Of a DNA stretch of 64,000 bases, positions 27,716 through 38,135 are shown in pieces. A program made the translations under genes and the position numbers. The notes beneath the pieces are model-generated. The model was not told where the DNA came from. It did not search any database and saw nothing but the letters and a program-made list of their open reading frames with translations. The stretch is from Gemmatimonadales bacterium (GTDB lineage: Bacteria > Gemmatimonadota > Gemmatimonadetes > Gemmatimonadales > GWC2-71-9), in the NCBI GenBank assembly GCA_035279705.1, contig DATEHG010000011.1, positions 248 through 64,247 on the forward strand, written 5' to 3'. The first letter of the stretch is position 1; every line of letters starts with the position of its first letter.

Positions 27716-28969
27716 ATGTCCAGCATCACGATCCAGAAGACCAAGGCGGACGCCGCCTCGCAATCGCTTCAGGTCACCGTCCCCGCCGACCGGGTCAAGG
27801 CGGCGGAGGCCAAGGCCGTGCGTTTCTACAGCCAGCGGGCCAAAGTGCCCGGTTTCCGCCCGGGAAAGACTCCAGAGGCGGTCCTGCGGAAGCGGTTTGG
27901 CGATGCCATCCGCCAGTCCGTCCTGGAGGAGGTCATCCGGGAAAGCTGGGAGGAGGCGCAGAACACCGAAGGGCTCAAGCCGGTAGCCGAACCGCACATC
28001 CACAACCTCAAGTTCGAAGAGGGTGGACCGATCGAGTTCGAATTCCATGTCGAGGTCCGGCCTACCATTGCCCTGGGCAAGACCGGGGGGTTCAAGCTCA
28101 AGCGGAAAGTGGCGGCAGTGACGGCCGAAGCGGTCGAGGAGCGGCTGCGCGACCTGCGTGAGCGGAAGGCGACCTGGCTGCCGGTGGAAGGCGCCAAGCC
28201 CTCGCCGGGGCACCAGGTCCGGGTCGAAGTCGCCCCGCTCGAGGACGGCGTGGCCGGGCCGACGCAGCCGTACTCGATGGTGCTGGGCGAGGGGCGGGCC
28301 ATCCCGGAGCTCGAGGAGCGGATCATGGCGCTCCTCCCCGGCGAAACGGTCGACACCTCCGTCAAGTTCCCCGAGGATTTCTCGGATGAGAGCAAGCGGG
28401 GCCAGACCCGCCAGGTGCGGGTGACGCTGCACGAGGTCAAGCGGCAGGAACTGCCCGAGCTCAACGACGACCTGGCCCGTGAAATCGGCGATTTCGAGAA
28501 TCTCGATGCGCTGCGCGCCGCGCTGCGGCAGGACCTCGAGGAGGACGCGAAGCGCAACGCCGAGGCCGAAGTCCGCCAGGCGCTGGTGGAGGAACTGGTC
28601 AAGGCCAACGGGGTGGAGGCGCCGCCCTCGATGGTCGAGCGGTTCCTGCGGGGATACGCCCGGGGATACCAGATTCCCGACGAGCAGTTCGAAACGTTCG
28701 CCGCCGAATTCCGGCCGCTGGCCGAGGCGCAGGTGCGCCGGGACCTGGCGCTGGACGCGGTGGCGGAGGCCAACAAGCTGTACGCGACCGAGAGCGACAT
28801 GGATGCCCGGATCAAGGAAATGGCCGAGGCGCGCCATGTGTCCGAGGCCCAGCTCTATGCGTCCCTCGAGAAGGCCAACCGGCTCCGGGAACTGGAGCAC
28901 AGCATCACCGAAGAGAAGACTTTCGCCCACCTGCTGCCGCAATCGACCGTCGAGGAGAGCGCGTCATGA
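27716..28969 (+). CDS. tig: Trigger factor
   Basis: ATG at 27716. Ribosome-binding motif region ([10 protein letters not shown]) and conserved tig-clpP-clpX context. Confidence 0.9.
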   Translation: MSSITIQKTKADAASQSLQVTVPADRVKAAEAKAVRFYSQRAKVPGFRPGKTPEAVLRKRFGDAIRQSVLEEVIRESWEEAQNTEGLKPVAEPHIHNLKFEEGGPIEFEFHVEVRPTIALGKTGGFKLKRKVAAVTAEAVEERLRDLRERKATWLPVEGAKPSPGHQVRVEVAPLEDGVAGPTQPYSMVLGEGRAIPELEERIMALLPGETVDTSVKFPEDFSDESKRGQTRQVRVTLHEVKRQELPELNDDLAREIGDFENLDALRAALRQDLEEDAKRNAEAEVRQALVEELVKANGVEAPPSMVERFLRGYARGYQIPDEQFETFAAEFRPLAEAQVRRDLALDAVAEANKLYATESDMDARIKEMAEARHVSEAQLYASLEKANRLRELEHSITEEKTFAHLLPQSTVEESAS

Positions 28970-29577
28970 CGCTGTACCCGCCCTATGTAATCGAACGCTC
29001 CAGCCGCGGCGAGCGGTCCTACGACATCTTCTCGCGCCTGCTGATGGACCGGATCGTCTTTCTCGGTTCGCCCATCAACGACGACGTGTCGAACATTATC
29101 ATCGCCCAGCTCTTGTTTCTCGAGGCGGACAACCCGGAGCGGGACATCTACCTGTATCTCAACTCGCCGGGCGGAGTCGTATCGAGCGGGCTCGCCATCT
29201 ACGACACGATGCAGTACCTCAAGGCGCCGGTGCACACCATCTGCATGGGCATGGCGGCATCGATGGGGTCGTTCCTGCTCGCGGCCGGCGCCAAGGGCAA
29301 GCGCAGCGCCCTCCCCCACTCCCGGATCATGATTCACCAGCCGTCCGGCGGCGCCCAGGGCACCGCGGCGGACATCGAGATCCAGGCGCGGGAAATCCTC
29401 TATCTCCGTTCCAAGCTCAACAGTCTCTACGCCGCGCACACCGGGCAGCCGATCGAGACGATCGAGCGGGACATGGACCGGGACCGGTTCATGAGCGCCG
29501 AGGAAGCGAAGGAATACGGACTGATCGACCACATCATCACCAAGCGGTCGGAACTCGTCCCAGCGAAGGTCCCTTGA
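28966..29577 (+). CDS. clpP: ATP-dependent Clp protease proteolytic subunit
   Basis: [27 protein letters not shown] (catalytic Ser), IMIHQPSGG. Confidence 0.97.
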   Translation: MTLYPPYVIERSSRGERSYDIFSRLLMDRIVFLGSPINDDVSNIIIAQLLFLEADNPERDIYLYLNSPGGVVSSGLAIYDTMQYLKAPVHTICMGMAASMGSFLLAAGAKGKRSALPHSRIMIHQPSGGAQGTAADIEIQAREILYLRSKLNSLYAAHTGQPIETIERDMDRDRFMSAEEAKEYGLIDHIITKRSELVPAKVP

Positions 29578-29641
29578 CGCTCCCGACGGCCTCCGGCACC
29601 TTTCGAATGACCGCCTCACCCCGGTCCTGACTCGGAGCGTC

Positions 29642-30885
<1,244 letters not shown>

Positions 30886-30889
<4 letters not shown>

Positions 30890-31488
30890 GCCGGCACCTC
30901 CCCGCCCTGCCGGTCGAATTCGTCGGCAGTTTTCCCGATCCCCGCCACCCGCTGGATCCTCCGCTCCCCGAAATCGCCTTTCTCGGACGCTCCAACGTCG
31001 GCAAATCGAGTCTGCTCAACGCCGTGTCCGGCCGTCCCGGGCTCGCCCGCGTCAGCCGCACCCCGGGCCGCACCTCGGCGATGAACGTGTTCCGGTACCC
31101 CACCTTCTACCTCGTGGATCTTCCGGGATACGGCTACGCGCGAGCCAGTCATGAGGCGCGAAGTGGCTACGCGAAGCTCATCAACGATTATCTCGTCGAG
31201 CGCTCCAGGCTCCATGCCGTGGTCTGGCTGCTGGATATCCGCCATGGCCCCTCGGCCGAGGACCTGGAGCAGCGTGAGCTGCTGGCCGAGCGAGGAGTTC
31301 CGGTGCTCGTGGCGCTGACCAAGGCGGACAAACTGACTCGGCGGGAACAGATCAGGCAGGCCGCGGGCATGGCGGTGGCGCTGGACCTTCCGGAAGAGCA
31401 ATTTCATCTCACCAGCAGTTCCCGTGGCACCGGCATCGCGGACCTGGGTGACAGCATCCTTGCCGTACTCGCGGAGACCGCCCCATGA
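30886..31488 (+). CDS. engB: Ribosome biogenesis GTP-binding protein YsxC/EngB
   Basis: GTG at 30886 overlaps the clpX stop (GTGA). G1 [13 protein letters not shown]3 DLPGYGY, G4 TKADK. Confidence 0.85.
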
Positions 31489-32138
31489 GCTTTCGCCGCT
31501 GGACCGCAGGCCCCCTCCTGGCCGCCCTGCTGCCGCTCTGCGCCTGCGCGGCCAGGGCTCAGACGCCGGTCGACACCACGGGACTCCTCCCCGCCGGCTA
31601 CGGCACCCTGAGCATCGACGACATTACGGTGCTGCTCAGTACGGATGTACTCGACATCCGCTTCGTGCCGCTGGACGAGCGCGTGCTCCGGCTGGCCAAG
31701 CCGTCGGTGGACAGCTCGATGGACCAGCTGATCCAGCAGTACCGAGCCCAGATCCAGGAGGCCAGCACCCGGAACGGCATCAGCGCGCCGGGCCTGGCGC
31801 TGATCACCTTCTACTCACGGCAGACCGGCACCCGCTTCGAGCCGCAGGACTACTCGGTGCTGGCCCCGGGCCGGGAATACCGGCCGGTGGCGGTGATCCC
31901 GTACACCAGCAATTTCAACAACGGCCAGCTCGACCTGCGCCAGCGCGCATCGGCGATCTACGTGTTCGAGGAGCCGCTGCCGGTGGAAACCAATTTCGGC
32001 GTGCGGTACGGCAGCACGACGTCCACCGATGCGTGGAGCGGAATCCGGGTCAAACTGGACCGGGAAAAGACCCGGGTCATTTCGCGGTCCGGACAGCAGG
32101 CCACCCGCAACCTTCCCGATTCGGTGCCGCAGCACTAG
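31485..32138 (+). CDS. Hypothetical secreted/lipoprotein-like protein coupled to engB
   Basis: 217 aa. ATGA overlap with engB. Signal [26 protein letters not shown]. No family recognised. Confidence 0.5.
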   Translation: MSFRRWTAGPLLAALLPLCACAARAQTPVDTTGLLPAGYGTLSIDDITVLLSTDVLDIRFVPLDERVLRLAKPSVDSSMDQLIQQYRAQIQEASTRNGISAPGLALITFYSRQTGTRFEPQDYSVLAPGREYRPVAVIPYTSNFNNGQLDLRQRASAIYVFEEPLPVETNFGVRYGSTTSTDAWSGIRVKLDREKTRVISRSGQQATRNLPDSVPQH

Positions 32139-33089
32139 TCAGACGAAAATGGCCCGCTCCACTCCCGGGGCGGGCTTTCCCATCACGAGCATCGCGGTTG
32201 AACGGCTGTCCGCCAGGAGGCCGCTCCGCGCCACGGCGGTGGCCTGCACCTTCCGGTCGGCGGGATAGCCGCTGGCCGGATCCATCACGTGCCCCCGGAC
32301 TTCCCTGCCGTACCGGACCACGCTCACCGTGTTGGCACTCGTCGCAAGGGCGCGATCACGGAGGCGCACCATTCCCCTGGTCCCGTCGGGCACGAGCGGG
32401 TCAGCGATGGCGACGTCCCAGCCGGCCTTGCCGGGCGGCGACCCGAGCCCGAGGCAGTCACCGCTGATGTCGATGAAGGCGGAGGTCACGCCCTGCTGCC
32501 GCAGTACCGCGGCCATCCGGTCGAGCCCATAGCCGACTCCGACACCGCCGAGATCCAGCTGGGTATGCCTGGCGGGCAGCGCCACGCGATCGCCATCGAG
32601 AACGACCACCGCTGCCTCGACGGCCTCCCTCGCCTCCGCGATCTCCGCGGGTGCGGGCGCAGTCGCGCGCGGCCGATGGAAACCCCAGGTCCGCATCAGA
32701 GGGTCCACCGCGACGTTGAAGGCGCCGGCGGTGGCGAATCGCGCCTCTGCCGAGGCGGCCAGCACCGCCGCGAGATCGGTGTCCACCCGCATGGCGCGCC
32801 CGCCGGCGTGGCGGTTGAGCTCAACCAGGTCGCTCGCGGACTCGAACAGCGTGAGCCGCGATTCCACCCGGCGCAACTCGGCCAGCGCACCGGCCGCCGC
32901 TTCGTAACCCCGGTCATCGGAATCGGCATACAGCACGAGGTGAACCGGCTGCCCCATCGCCCAGGACCAGCGCTCGACGAGGCGCGCCGACGCGCGAGCG
33001 CGCCGGTGCGCGGGGGGGCCGGGGGGTGGGGGGGCAGCAAAGGCCATCACGCCTAGTCCTGCTGCGCCGAGGAACTCTCGCCGCTTCAC
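32139..33089 (-). CDS. apbE: FAD:protein FMN transferase (ApbE/Ftp) with Tat-type signal
   Basis: GTG at 33089 overlaps the upstream stop (GTGA) and gives VKRREFLGAAGLGVMAFAA. ApbE-like body (...FNVAVDPLMRTWGF..., ...DLGGVGVGYGLD..., ...ALATSANT...). Confidence 0.8.
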   Translation of the reverse strand: MKRREFLGAAGLGVMAFAAPPPPGPPAHRRARASARLVERWSWAMGQPVHLVLYADSDDRGYEAAAGALAELRRVESRLTLFESASDLVELNRHAGGRAMRVDTDLAAVLAASAEARFATAGAFNVAVDPLMRTWGFHRPRATAPAPAEIAEAREAVEAAVVVLDGDRVALPARHTQLDLGGVGVGYGLDRMAAVLRQQGVTSAFIDISGDCLGLGSPPGKAGWDVAIADPLVPDGTRGMVRLRDRALATSANTVSVVRYGREVRGHVMDPASGYPADRKVQATAVARSGLLADSRSTAMLVMGKPAPGVERAIFV

Positions 33090-33592
33090 GGACTGCCCCG
33101 TTCCCGCCAGCCGAGTTCGCGCAGGATCCACCAGGCCTGCACATAGAACACCACCGCCAGCGAGCCGCTCGAAAGGGCCAGGAGCCAGCTGAACCGGGGA
33201 TCCACGTATCGCATCAACCACATGGCCGTGAACGAGGTGAGCAGAGCCACGAACGGTTCCACGATCAGCCCGCCTCGCCAGCGTTCCGACGGCCGCTGAC
33301 AGAGCGCCAGGATCGCGCCGCTCAGCGCGAAGATGGCGGCCATCGACAACAGGTGGGTATGGGTAATCGTCAGCATCTCGGCGAAGCTCTTGGGAAAGGT
33401 CATCGCCGCGTCGGACGCGGACGGATCGGCGCCGCGATACCGCTCGGCAATGCCGCGCGGGACCATGTGCGTGGTGTACCAGACGAAGAGCAGCGAGGTG
33501 GTGTAGCCCACCAGCTGCACGATGGTCAGCCAGCGGGCCAGGGCGCGGAGGGGCCTGGGCAGCCCCGACCAGGTGAGCGGTTCGGCGTTCAC
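33086..33592 (-). CDS. Hypothetical four-helix membrane protein with intramembrane histidines
   Basis: 168 aa with four hydrophobic segments and the His-containing motifs VWYTTHM and LTITHTHLLSMA. 4-bp overlaps with both neighbouring genes. Confidence 0.55.
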   Translation of the reverse strand: MNAEPLTWSGLPRPLRALARWLTIVQLVGYTTSLLFVWYTTHMVPRGIAERYRGADPSASDAAMTFPKSFAEMLTITHTHLLSMAAIFALSGAILALCQRPSERWRGGLIVEPFVALLTSFTAMWLMRYVDPRFSWLLALSSGSLAVVFYVQAWWILRELGWRERGSP

Positions 33593-34149
33593 TTGAGCTT
33601 CCCCTCCGATTTCCAGCGGGCCAGGTCGGCCAGCGCGGTGCGGACGCCGAGTGTCACCGAGTTGGAGCTGATGGTGGCTCCGGAAATGGCGCGGATGTCC
33701 TTCCCGATGAGCAGCGGATCTGCGGCGGTCTTGCCCCGGAACTGCTTTCGCCAGGCGTCGTAAGCCACCTCACCGCCGTAGGGCTCGCGGTACACCAGGA
33801 TGTCCACATCGCGAAGCGTACCCGCCGTGTCGGTGGCCACCAGGAAGGTGATGGGCTGGTCCTTGCCAAGGACATTGCGCACGACGGCAAAGCCGGCCAC
33901 GCCCGCGGCGTCGTGAATCCGGAATACCGGGGACCCGTCGGTCTGGATCGTGTCCGTGGTCGCGGCCTTGCCGAAGAGGCGCGAAATCGAAGCGGCCACC
34001 TTGCCGGGCGGCGCCGACTGCGCGGGCGCGGGCAGCGCCGCCGATGCCGTCAGTACCAGAGCGACCACCGTGGTACTCAACCACGGTCGCGCGGCCGAGC
34101 AATTCATGGCACTGCACCCCGCGCCTGTCATGCCAGCGGATCGCTTCAT
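33589..34149 (-). CDS. Secreted FMN_bind-domain protein (ApbE substrate-type)
   Basis: C-terminal ...YREPYGGEVAYDAWRKQFRGK...IRAISGATISSNSVTLGV carries the (S/T)GA(T/S) flavinylation motif. The real start may be the ATG at 34107 (MNCSAARPWLSTTVVALVLTASAALPAPAQS). Confidence 0.7.
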   Translation of the reverse strand: MKRSAGMTGAGCSAMNCSAARPWLSTTVVALVLTASAALPAPAQSAPPGKVAASISRLFGKAATTDTIQTDGSPVFRIHDAAGVAGFAVVRNVLGKDQPITFLVATDTAGTLRDVDILVYREPYGGEVAYDAWRKQFRGKTAADPLLIGKDIRAISGATISSNSVTLGVRTALADLARWKSEGKLK

Positions 34150-34237
34150 TCAGGTTTCGCGCCAGGCCATCGTGCAGGAAGTTCGTGTGGCCGTTGACCG
34201 GCACCGTGAGGCCGATTCCCGAGAGAGGACGGGTGCG
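34130..34237 (-). pseudogene. 36-codon remnant of the C-terminus of a DUF1111/di-haem peroxidase-like gene
   Basis: Own translation, opening right after an in-frame TGA: RTRPLSGIGLTVPVNGHTNFLHDGLARNLNEAIRWH. As I recall it, the family C-terminal block is RTPPLWG(I/L)GL...GH..FLHDGRAR.LEEAI.WHGGEA. Downstream the frame becomes Arg/Gly-rich with no recognisable motif. Confidence 0.35.
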
Positions 34238-34259
34238 TCACTCGCTGCCGCTCGCCGCA

Positions 34260-35411
34260 TCAGAACTGCCATCCCAGACCGAGGTTCATCGTCTCGTCCT
34301 CGAGGAAGTGGGCGGCGTTCCGGCGAAGCTGATAGTCGCCCTTGAAGGCGAGACCGGAGATCGGCTTCCAGGTGATTCCCAGCGTCGTGGTATTGCGGTT
34401 GTAGGCGCCGTTGCGCGGCGTGCCATCGGGAACCGAGGCGTGGGTGTCCGCCTGGTCGTAGCGGGCGAAGAGAGCCAGGCGCTGCGTTGAGGAGGGGGCC
34501 AGGGCCGAGAGCGCATTCCAGGCGCCTTCGAGGTACCAGCCGGCGATACGATCGCCCACCGAGTTGTTGAAGAAGGCGTTGATCGCGGCGGCATCGCGGA
34601 TCGTCATGTTGCCCGCTTCGCCACGGAATGCGAACGCACCGACGTCGTAGCGCGCGTCGGCCGCGATCAGAAACACCGGGGCCGCGAAGAGACCCGTGCC
34701 GAGTCCGGGGGTGTTGGCCGCACTGCCGCCGTAATACGCCGAGGTGCCGATCTTGAGACCGGAGTGGGCCCATTCGAGGCGGCCGGTGAGCGCGGCGTTG
34801 GCAAAGTTGGCGTCCTGCCCCTCGCCGCTGCCTTCGCGGGTCCCCTCGGCGCCGGTGAAGCCCTCGGCGCGGAGTCCGTTGACGAAGTAGGCCCGATAGG
34901 CGAGGCCCTCAACCGGCGGAATCCGGCCGGCCAGGCCGACACCGATCTCGCGCCAGGTGGTGGGAATGACCAGCTGGTCATAGAGTGGGCGCTCGACACC
35001 GTTGAACGTGGGTGGTTCGTGCAATTCGTTGATGATGCCGGCGGGAATGAGCACCAGGCCTGCCCGGAGGGTAAACGGATCCGAAAGGCGGTAGTCGATG
35101 TAGGCCTGCTCGATCTCGAGTTCCCCCTTGCTGCCGCCCCCTTCGACCCGCGCATCCTCGACCTCCACCTCGGAGCGAAAGGTGATTCGCTCGTTGAAGC
35201 TGTGGCCGAGATAGAGCACGAACCTGGCGAGATTCACATGGCCCGTGCTGTCCGGCAGGCTGGAGTTCTGATACTGGATCTCACCGTATCCGCCGACGAC
35301 GGTGCGGGGCTGGTCGCTGTCCTGCGCCGCGAGGAAGCGCGGCGAGAGGGTGAGGAAGGCGATGGCGAGGAGCGAGGTGCAGCGGAGGAGGGCGGCCTTA
35401 TAAAGTCGCAT
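34260..35411 (-). CDS. Putative outer-membrane beta-barrel (porin-like) protein
   Basis: The ATG at 35411 gives MRLYKAALLRCTSLLAIAFLTLSPRFLAAQ. Alternating aromatic/Gly strand pattern and terminal ...NLGLGWQF. Confidence 0.6.
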   Translation of the reverse strand: MRLYKAALLRCTSLLAIAFLTLSPRFLAAQDSDQPRTVVGGYGEIQYQNSSLPDSTGHVNLARFVLYLGHSFNERITFRSEVEVEDARVEGGGSKGELEIEQAYIDYRLSDPFTLRAGLVLIPAGIINELHEPPTFNGVERPLYDQLVIPTTWREIGVGLAGRIPPVEGLAYRAYFVNGLRAEGFTGAEGTREGSGEGQDANFANAALTGRLEWAHSGLKIGTSAYYGGSAANTPGLGTGLFAAPVFLIAADARYDVGAFAFRGEAGNMTIRDAAAINAFFNNSVGDRIAGWYLEGAWNALSALAPSSTQRLALFARYDQADTHASVPDGTPRNGAYNRNTTTLGITWKPISGLAFKGDYQLRRNAAHFLEDETMNLGLGWQF

Positions 35412-35427
35412 AATGATAGTCAATATC
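35409..35427. promoter_or_regulatory. Fur-box-like operator CATAATGATAGTCAATATC
   Basis: 16/19 identities to the classical Fur consensus GATAATGATAATCATTATC, with the 9-1-9 dyad kept. Lies in the only strongly AT-rich island of the window and abuts the porin-like gene start. Confidence 0.55.
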
Positions 35428-35611
35428 AAGTGAGAATTAAACTCAGGCGAATGGCAACTAGATTACTCCCATTTAATCCCGCGGTCAACTCCCGCTGCCC
35501 TGCCCCTTTGCGCCCGACTCGACGACTCCACTAGACTCCCCCAACGACGCGAACTCTCCTTCCCGGCCCCACTCCCACGCCCCTCGAGGAGTCTCGGCGC
35601 TGACCACACCG

Positions 35612-37801
35612 TTGAACCCCCGCCCCTTCATCCGTGGCCTGGCCACTCACCTCCGCCTGGTGCTCGGCGGCGGTGCGATCGCGCTCTCCCTTCTCGCCGC
35701 GATCCAGCGGTGGCCACTCTGGCTCAGTGTCGTCCTGGGCGCGGCGGGAGTCGGGCTCCTCGTTCTCGCCAATCTGCGCCAGCGCCGCCTCATGCTGCGC
35801 CTGGAGCACGAGCGGACGACCCTGTCGCTGCAGCTCGAGCGCCGGATAAACGAGCTGTTTTCCCTCCAGGAGCTGAGTTACGTCCTCGCGGAGTCGCTGC
35901 AGCTGGAACGCATCGTGAGCCAGGTGGCGCGCTACGCTCTCCGGTTTCTGCAGGCGGAGGGATCGGCGCTGGTGCTGGTGGACGAGGAGAACCAGGGCCT
36001 CACGGTGGCCGCGGCGGAGGGTTCGCTGCGGCAACTGGCGGGGACGCGGGTCAGGGAAGAGGAAGAGACGCTACTGCTGCATGCGATCCGTCACGAGCGG
36101 ATCGAAGTGGGACACGAGCACCAGGGCACCAGGGTAAAGCTGCTCGGCGAGGCAACCGGCGCGTCCGGCGCCGCCGCGCCGCTCCGGGCCCATGGCCTCA
36201 CGATGGGGGCGCTGCTGGTGTCCGATCACCGCAGCGGGCCGTTCTCGACCGAGGATCTCTGGCTGCTCTCCACCATGACCACGCAGGTGGCCGTGGTGCT
36301 GGCCAACAGCCGCCTGTTCGAGCTCATCCGGGTCACGAAGGAAGAGTGGGAAACGGCATTCAACGCGCTGGCGGAAGGCATCGCGGTGGTGGATGGCCGG
36401 GGGCGTGTTCGCCGGGCCAACCACGCGCTGGCCCGCATCGTCGACATCCCGATTCCGGCGCTCATCGGTCAACGGTTCTGGGGCCTCGTGGTGGGCGAAC
36501 AGGAAATCCCCGCCCCGTCGGCCGAAGCGATGCGGCGCGGCAAACGCCACTCTGGAGCGATCGTCCAGAGCCCCACCCTTCATCGGACGCTGCGGCTGGC
36601 GGTCGCCCCGCTCACGGAGGCGGGCCCTGACCAGGAGGTCGTGGTGCTGGTGCAGGACGTGACCGAACAGCAGGCCTTCGAGCGGCAACTGATCCAGAGC
36701 GAAAAGCTCGCGGCGGTCGGCCAGCTGGTGTCGGGGGTGGCCCACGAGCTCAACAACCCGCTCACCTCGATCGCCGGCCTGTCGGAGCTGCTGCTCGAGC
36801 GGGCCCCCGCGGGAGATCCCGATCGCGAACACCTGCGGGTGGTGCACGAGCAGGCCACCCGGGCCGGCCGGATCGTGCAGAACCTGCTCACCTTCGCGCG
36901 CAAGGAACCGCTGGAAGCGGCGCCCTGCGACCTGGCCGATGTGGTGACCAGCACGGTGATGCTGATGAGCCACGAGCTCAAGCTGCGGGGCGCCGCGCTG
37001 CAGCAGGATCTCCCCTCCACTCCCGTGCGGGTCCTGGGCGACCGCTACGGCCTGCAGCAGGTGCTGCTCAACCTGCTCACCAACGCCAGCCAGGCCGTCG
37101 GCTCGCTGCCGGAGGGCAGGGCGCGGCAGATCACCATCCAGGTGGCGGAGGAGAACGAGAGCGCCGTGCTGCGGGTGCAGGATTCAGGCGCGGGAGTACC
37201 CGCCGAGCTGGTGCCGCAGCTCTTCACCCCGTTTTTCACCACCAAGGAACCGGGCCAGGGCACGGGCCTCGGACTCTCGATCAGCTACGGCATCGTCGAG
37301 TCCCATGGCGGTCGGCTGGCCTACGCCGTGCTGCCAGGCGGAGGATCGGAGTTCAGCGTCACGCTGCCGCTCGCCCAGGTGGCCGAGCGGCTCCCGGGCG
37401 TGCGGTTGTCCGGGGCCGCCGCGGCCATCCGGCGGAAGATCCTGGTGGTCGATGAGGACGCGGCCGTACAGCGCGCCGTCTCCGCCTTGTTCGTGAACGA
37501 GGGCCATGAGGTCGAAGGCGTGCGCGGCGGGGAGCTGGGACTCGCGGCGGCACGAAGTGGCTACTGGGACCTGGTGCTGGCCGATCCGCGTGCCCCGGGC
37601 CTGGGCGGCTCCGGGTTCGTCGACCTCCTCCTGGCGGACGGTGCCGGGTGGAAGGAACGGCTCATCGCGGTGCCGGATCGGAGCGACCGGCCGGCCGTGG
37701 AGCGACTGAAGTCCCGCGGGGTGGCGGTGGTGGAGAAGCCGTTCAAGTTGCGGGAACTCAAGGAAATGGTGGGACGCCTGCTGATTTCACAGGACGCCTG
37801 A
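35612..37801 (+). CDS. Hybrid sensor histidine kinase (TM-GAF-PAS-HisKA-HATPase-REC)
   Basis: 729 aa. H-box VSGVAHELNNPLTSI; N/G boxes LLNLLTNASQA, DSGAGVP, GTGLGLSISYGIV; C-terminal receiver KILVVDED...DLVLADP...EKPF. The TTG start is uncertain. Confidence 0.85.
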   Translation: MNPRPFIRGLATHLRLVLGGGAIALSLLAAIQRWPLWLSVVLGAAGVGLLVLANLRQRRLMLRLEHERTTLSLQLERRINELFSLQELSYVLAESLQLERIVSQVARYALRFLQAEGSALVLVDEENQGLTVAAAEGSLRQLAGTRVREEEETLLLHAIRHERIEVGHEHQGTRVKLLGEATGASGAAAPLRAHGLTMGALLVSDHRSGPFSTEDLWLLSTMTTQVAVVLANSRLFELIRVTKEEWETAFNALAEGIAVVDGRGRVRRANHALARIVDIPIPALIGQRFWGLVVGEQEIPAPSAEAMRRGKRHSGAIVQSPTLHRTLRLAVAPLTEAGPDQEVVVLVQDVTEQQAFERQLIQSEKLAAVGQLVSGVAHELNNPLTSIAGLSELLLERAPAGDPDREHLRVVHEQATRAGRIVQNLLTFARKEPLEAAPCDLADVVTSTVMLMSHELKLRGAALQQDLPSTPVRVLGDRYGLQQVLLNLLTNASQAVGSLPEGRARQITIQVAEENESAVLRVQDSGAGVPAELVPQLFTPFFTTKEPGQGTGLGLSISYGIVESHGGRLAYAVLPGGGSEFSVTLPLAQVAERLPGVRLSGAAAAIRRKILVVDEDAAVQRAVSALFVNEGHEVEGVRGGELGLAAARSGYWDLVLADPRAPGLGGSGFVDLLLADGAGWKERLIAVPDRSDRPAVERLKSRGVAVVEKPFKLRELKEMVGRLLISQDA

Positions 37802-37829
37802 GCGTCCGCTACCGCGAAGGAGCCGACCG

Positions 37830-38132
37830 ATGGGCGCCGTCGTCGCAGCTGCAATGGTCCGTCAACAGCGGGAAGTGGTGGAGACCTACCGGAAGGCGGG
37901 TGCCACCTCGCCCGCCAATGCCAGGACACCCGGATCTCTGGGACTGGATTCGAATCGCGCGGTGGGCCAGCTCAAGGGACACGCGGTGCTGCGCGAGACC
38001 GCCCCCGAAGTGTACTACCTGGACGAGCCCAGCTGGGAAGCGCTGGGGCGAATGCGGCATCGCCTTGCCCTGATGGTGGGGCTGATTGCGCTGCTGGCCC
38101 TCACGGCGGTGCTGATCGGCACCCGGAGCTGA
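37830..38132 (+). CDS. Small hypothetical tail-anchored membrane protein
   Basis: 100 aa with a C-terminal hydrophobic helix LALMVGLIALLALTAVLIG. 28 bp after the kinase gene. Confidence 0.4.
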   Translation: MGAVVAAAMVRQQREVVETYRKAGATSPANARTPGSLGLDSNRAVGQLKGHAVLRETAPEVYYLDEPSWEALGRMRHRLALMVGLIALLALTAVLIGTRS

Positions 38133-38135
38133 TCG

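Noticed and set aside
29575-29640. 8-bp inverted repeat GACGCTCC ... GGAGCGTC spanning the clpP-clpX spacer
   Set aside because: The arms are short and about 50 nt apart. This could easily be chance in GC-rich DNA, and there is no supporting T-tract or conservation evidence.
35452-35458. Sigma-54 -24-like TGGCAAC. A second copy lies at 55744-55750, both within a shared GCGAA(AA)TGGCAAC string.
   Set aside because: No acceptable -12 TTGC element lies at the right spacing in either case (CTAGATT / CCCTAGC). No enhancer-binding protein gene is adjacent.
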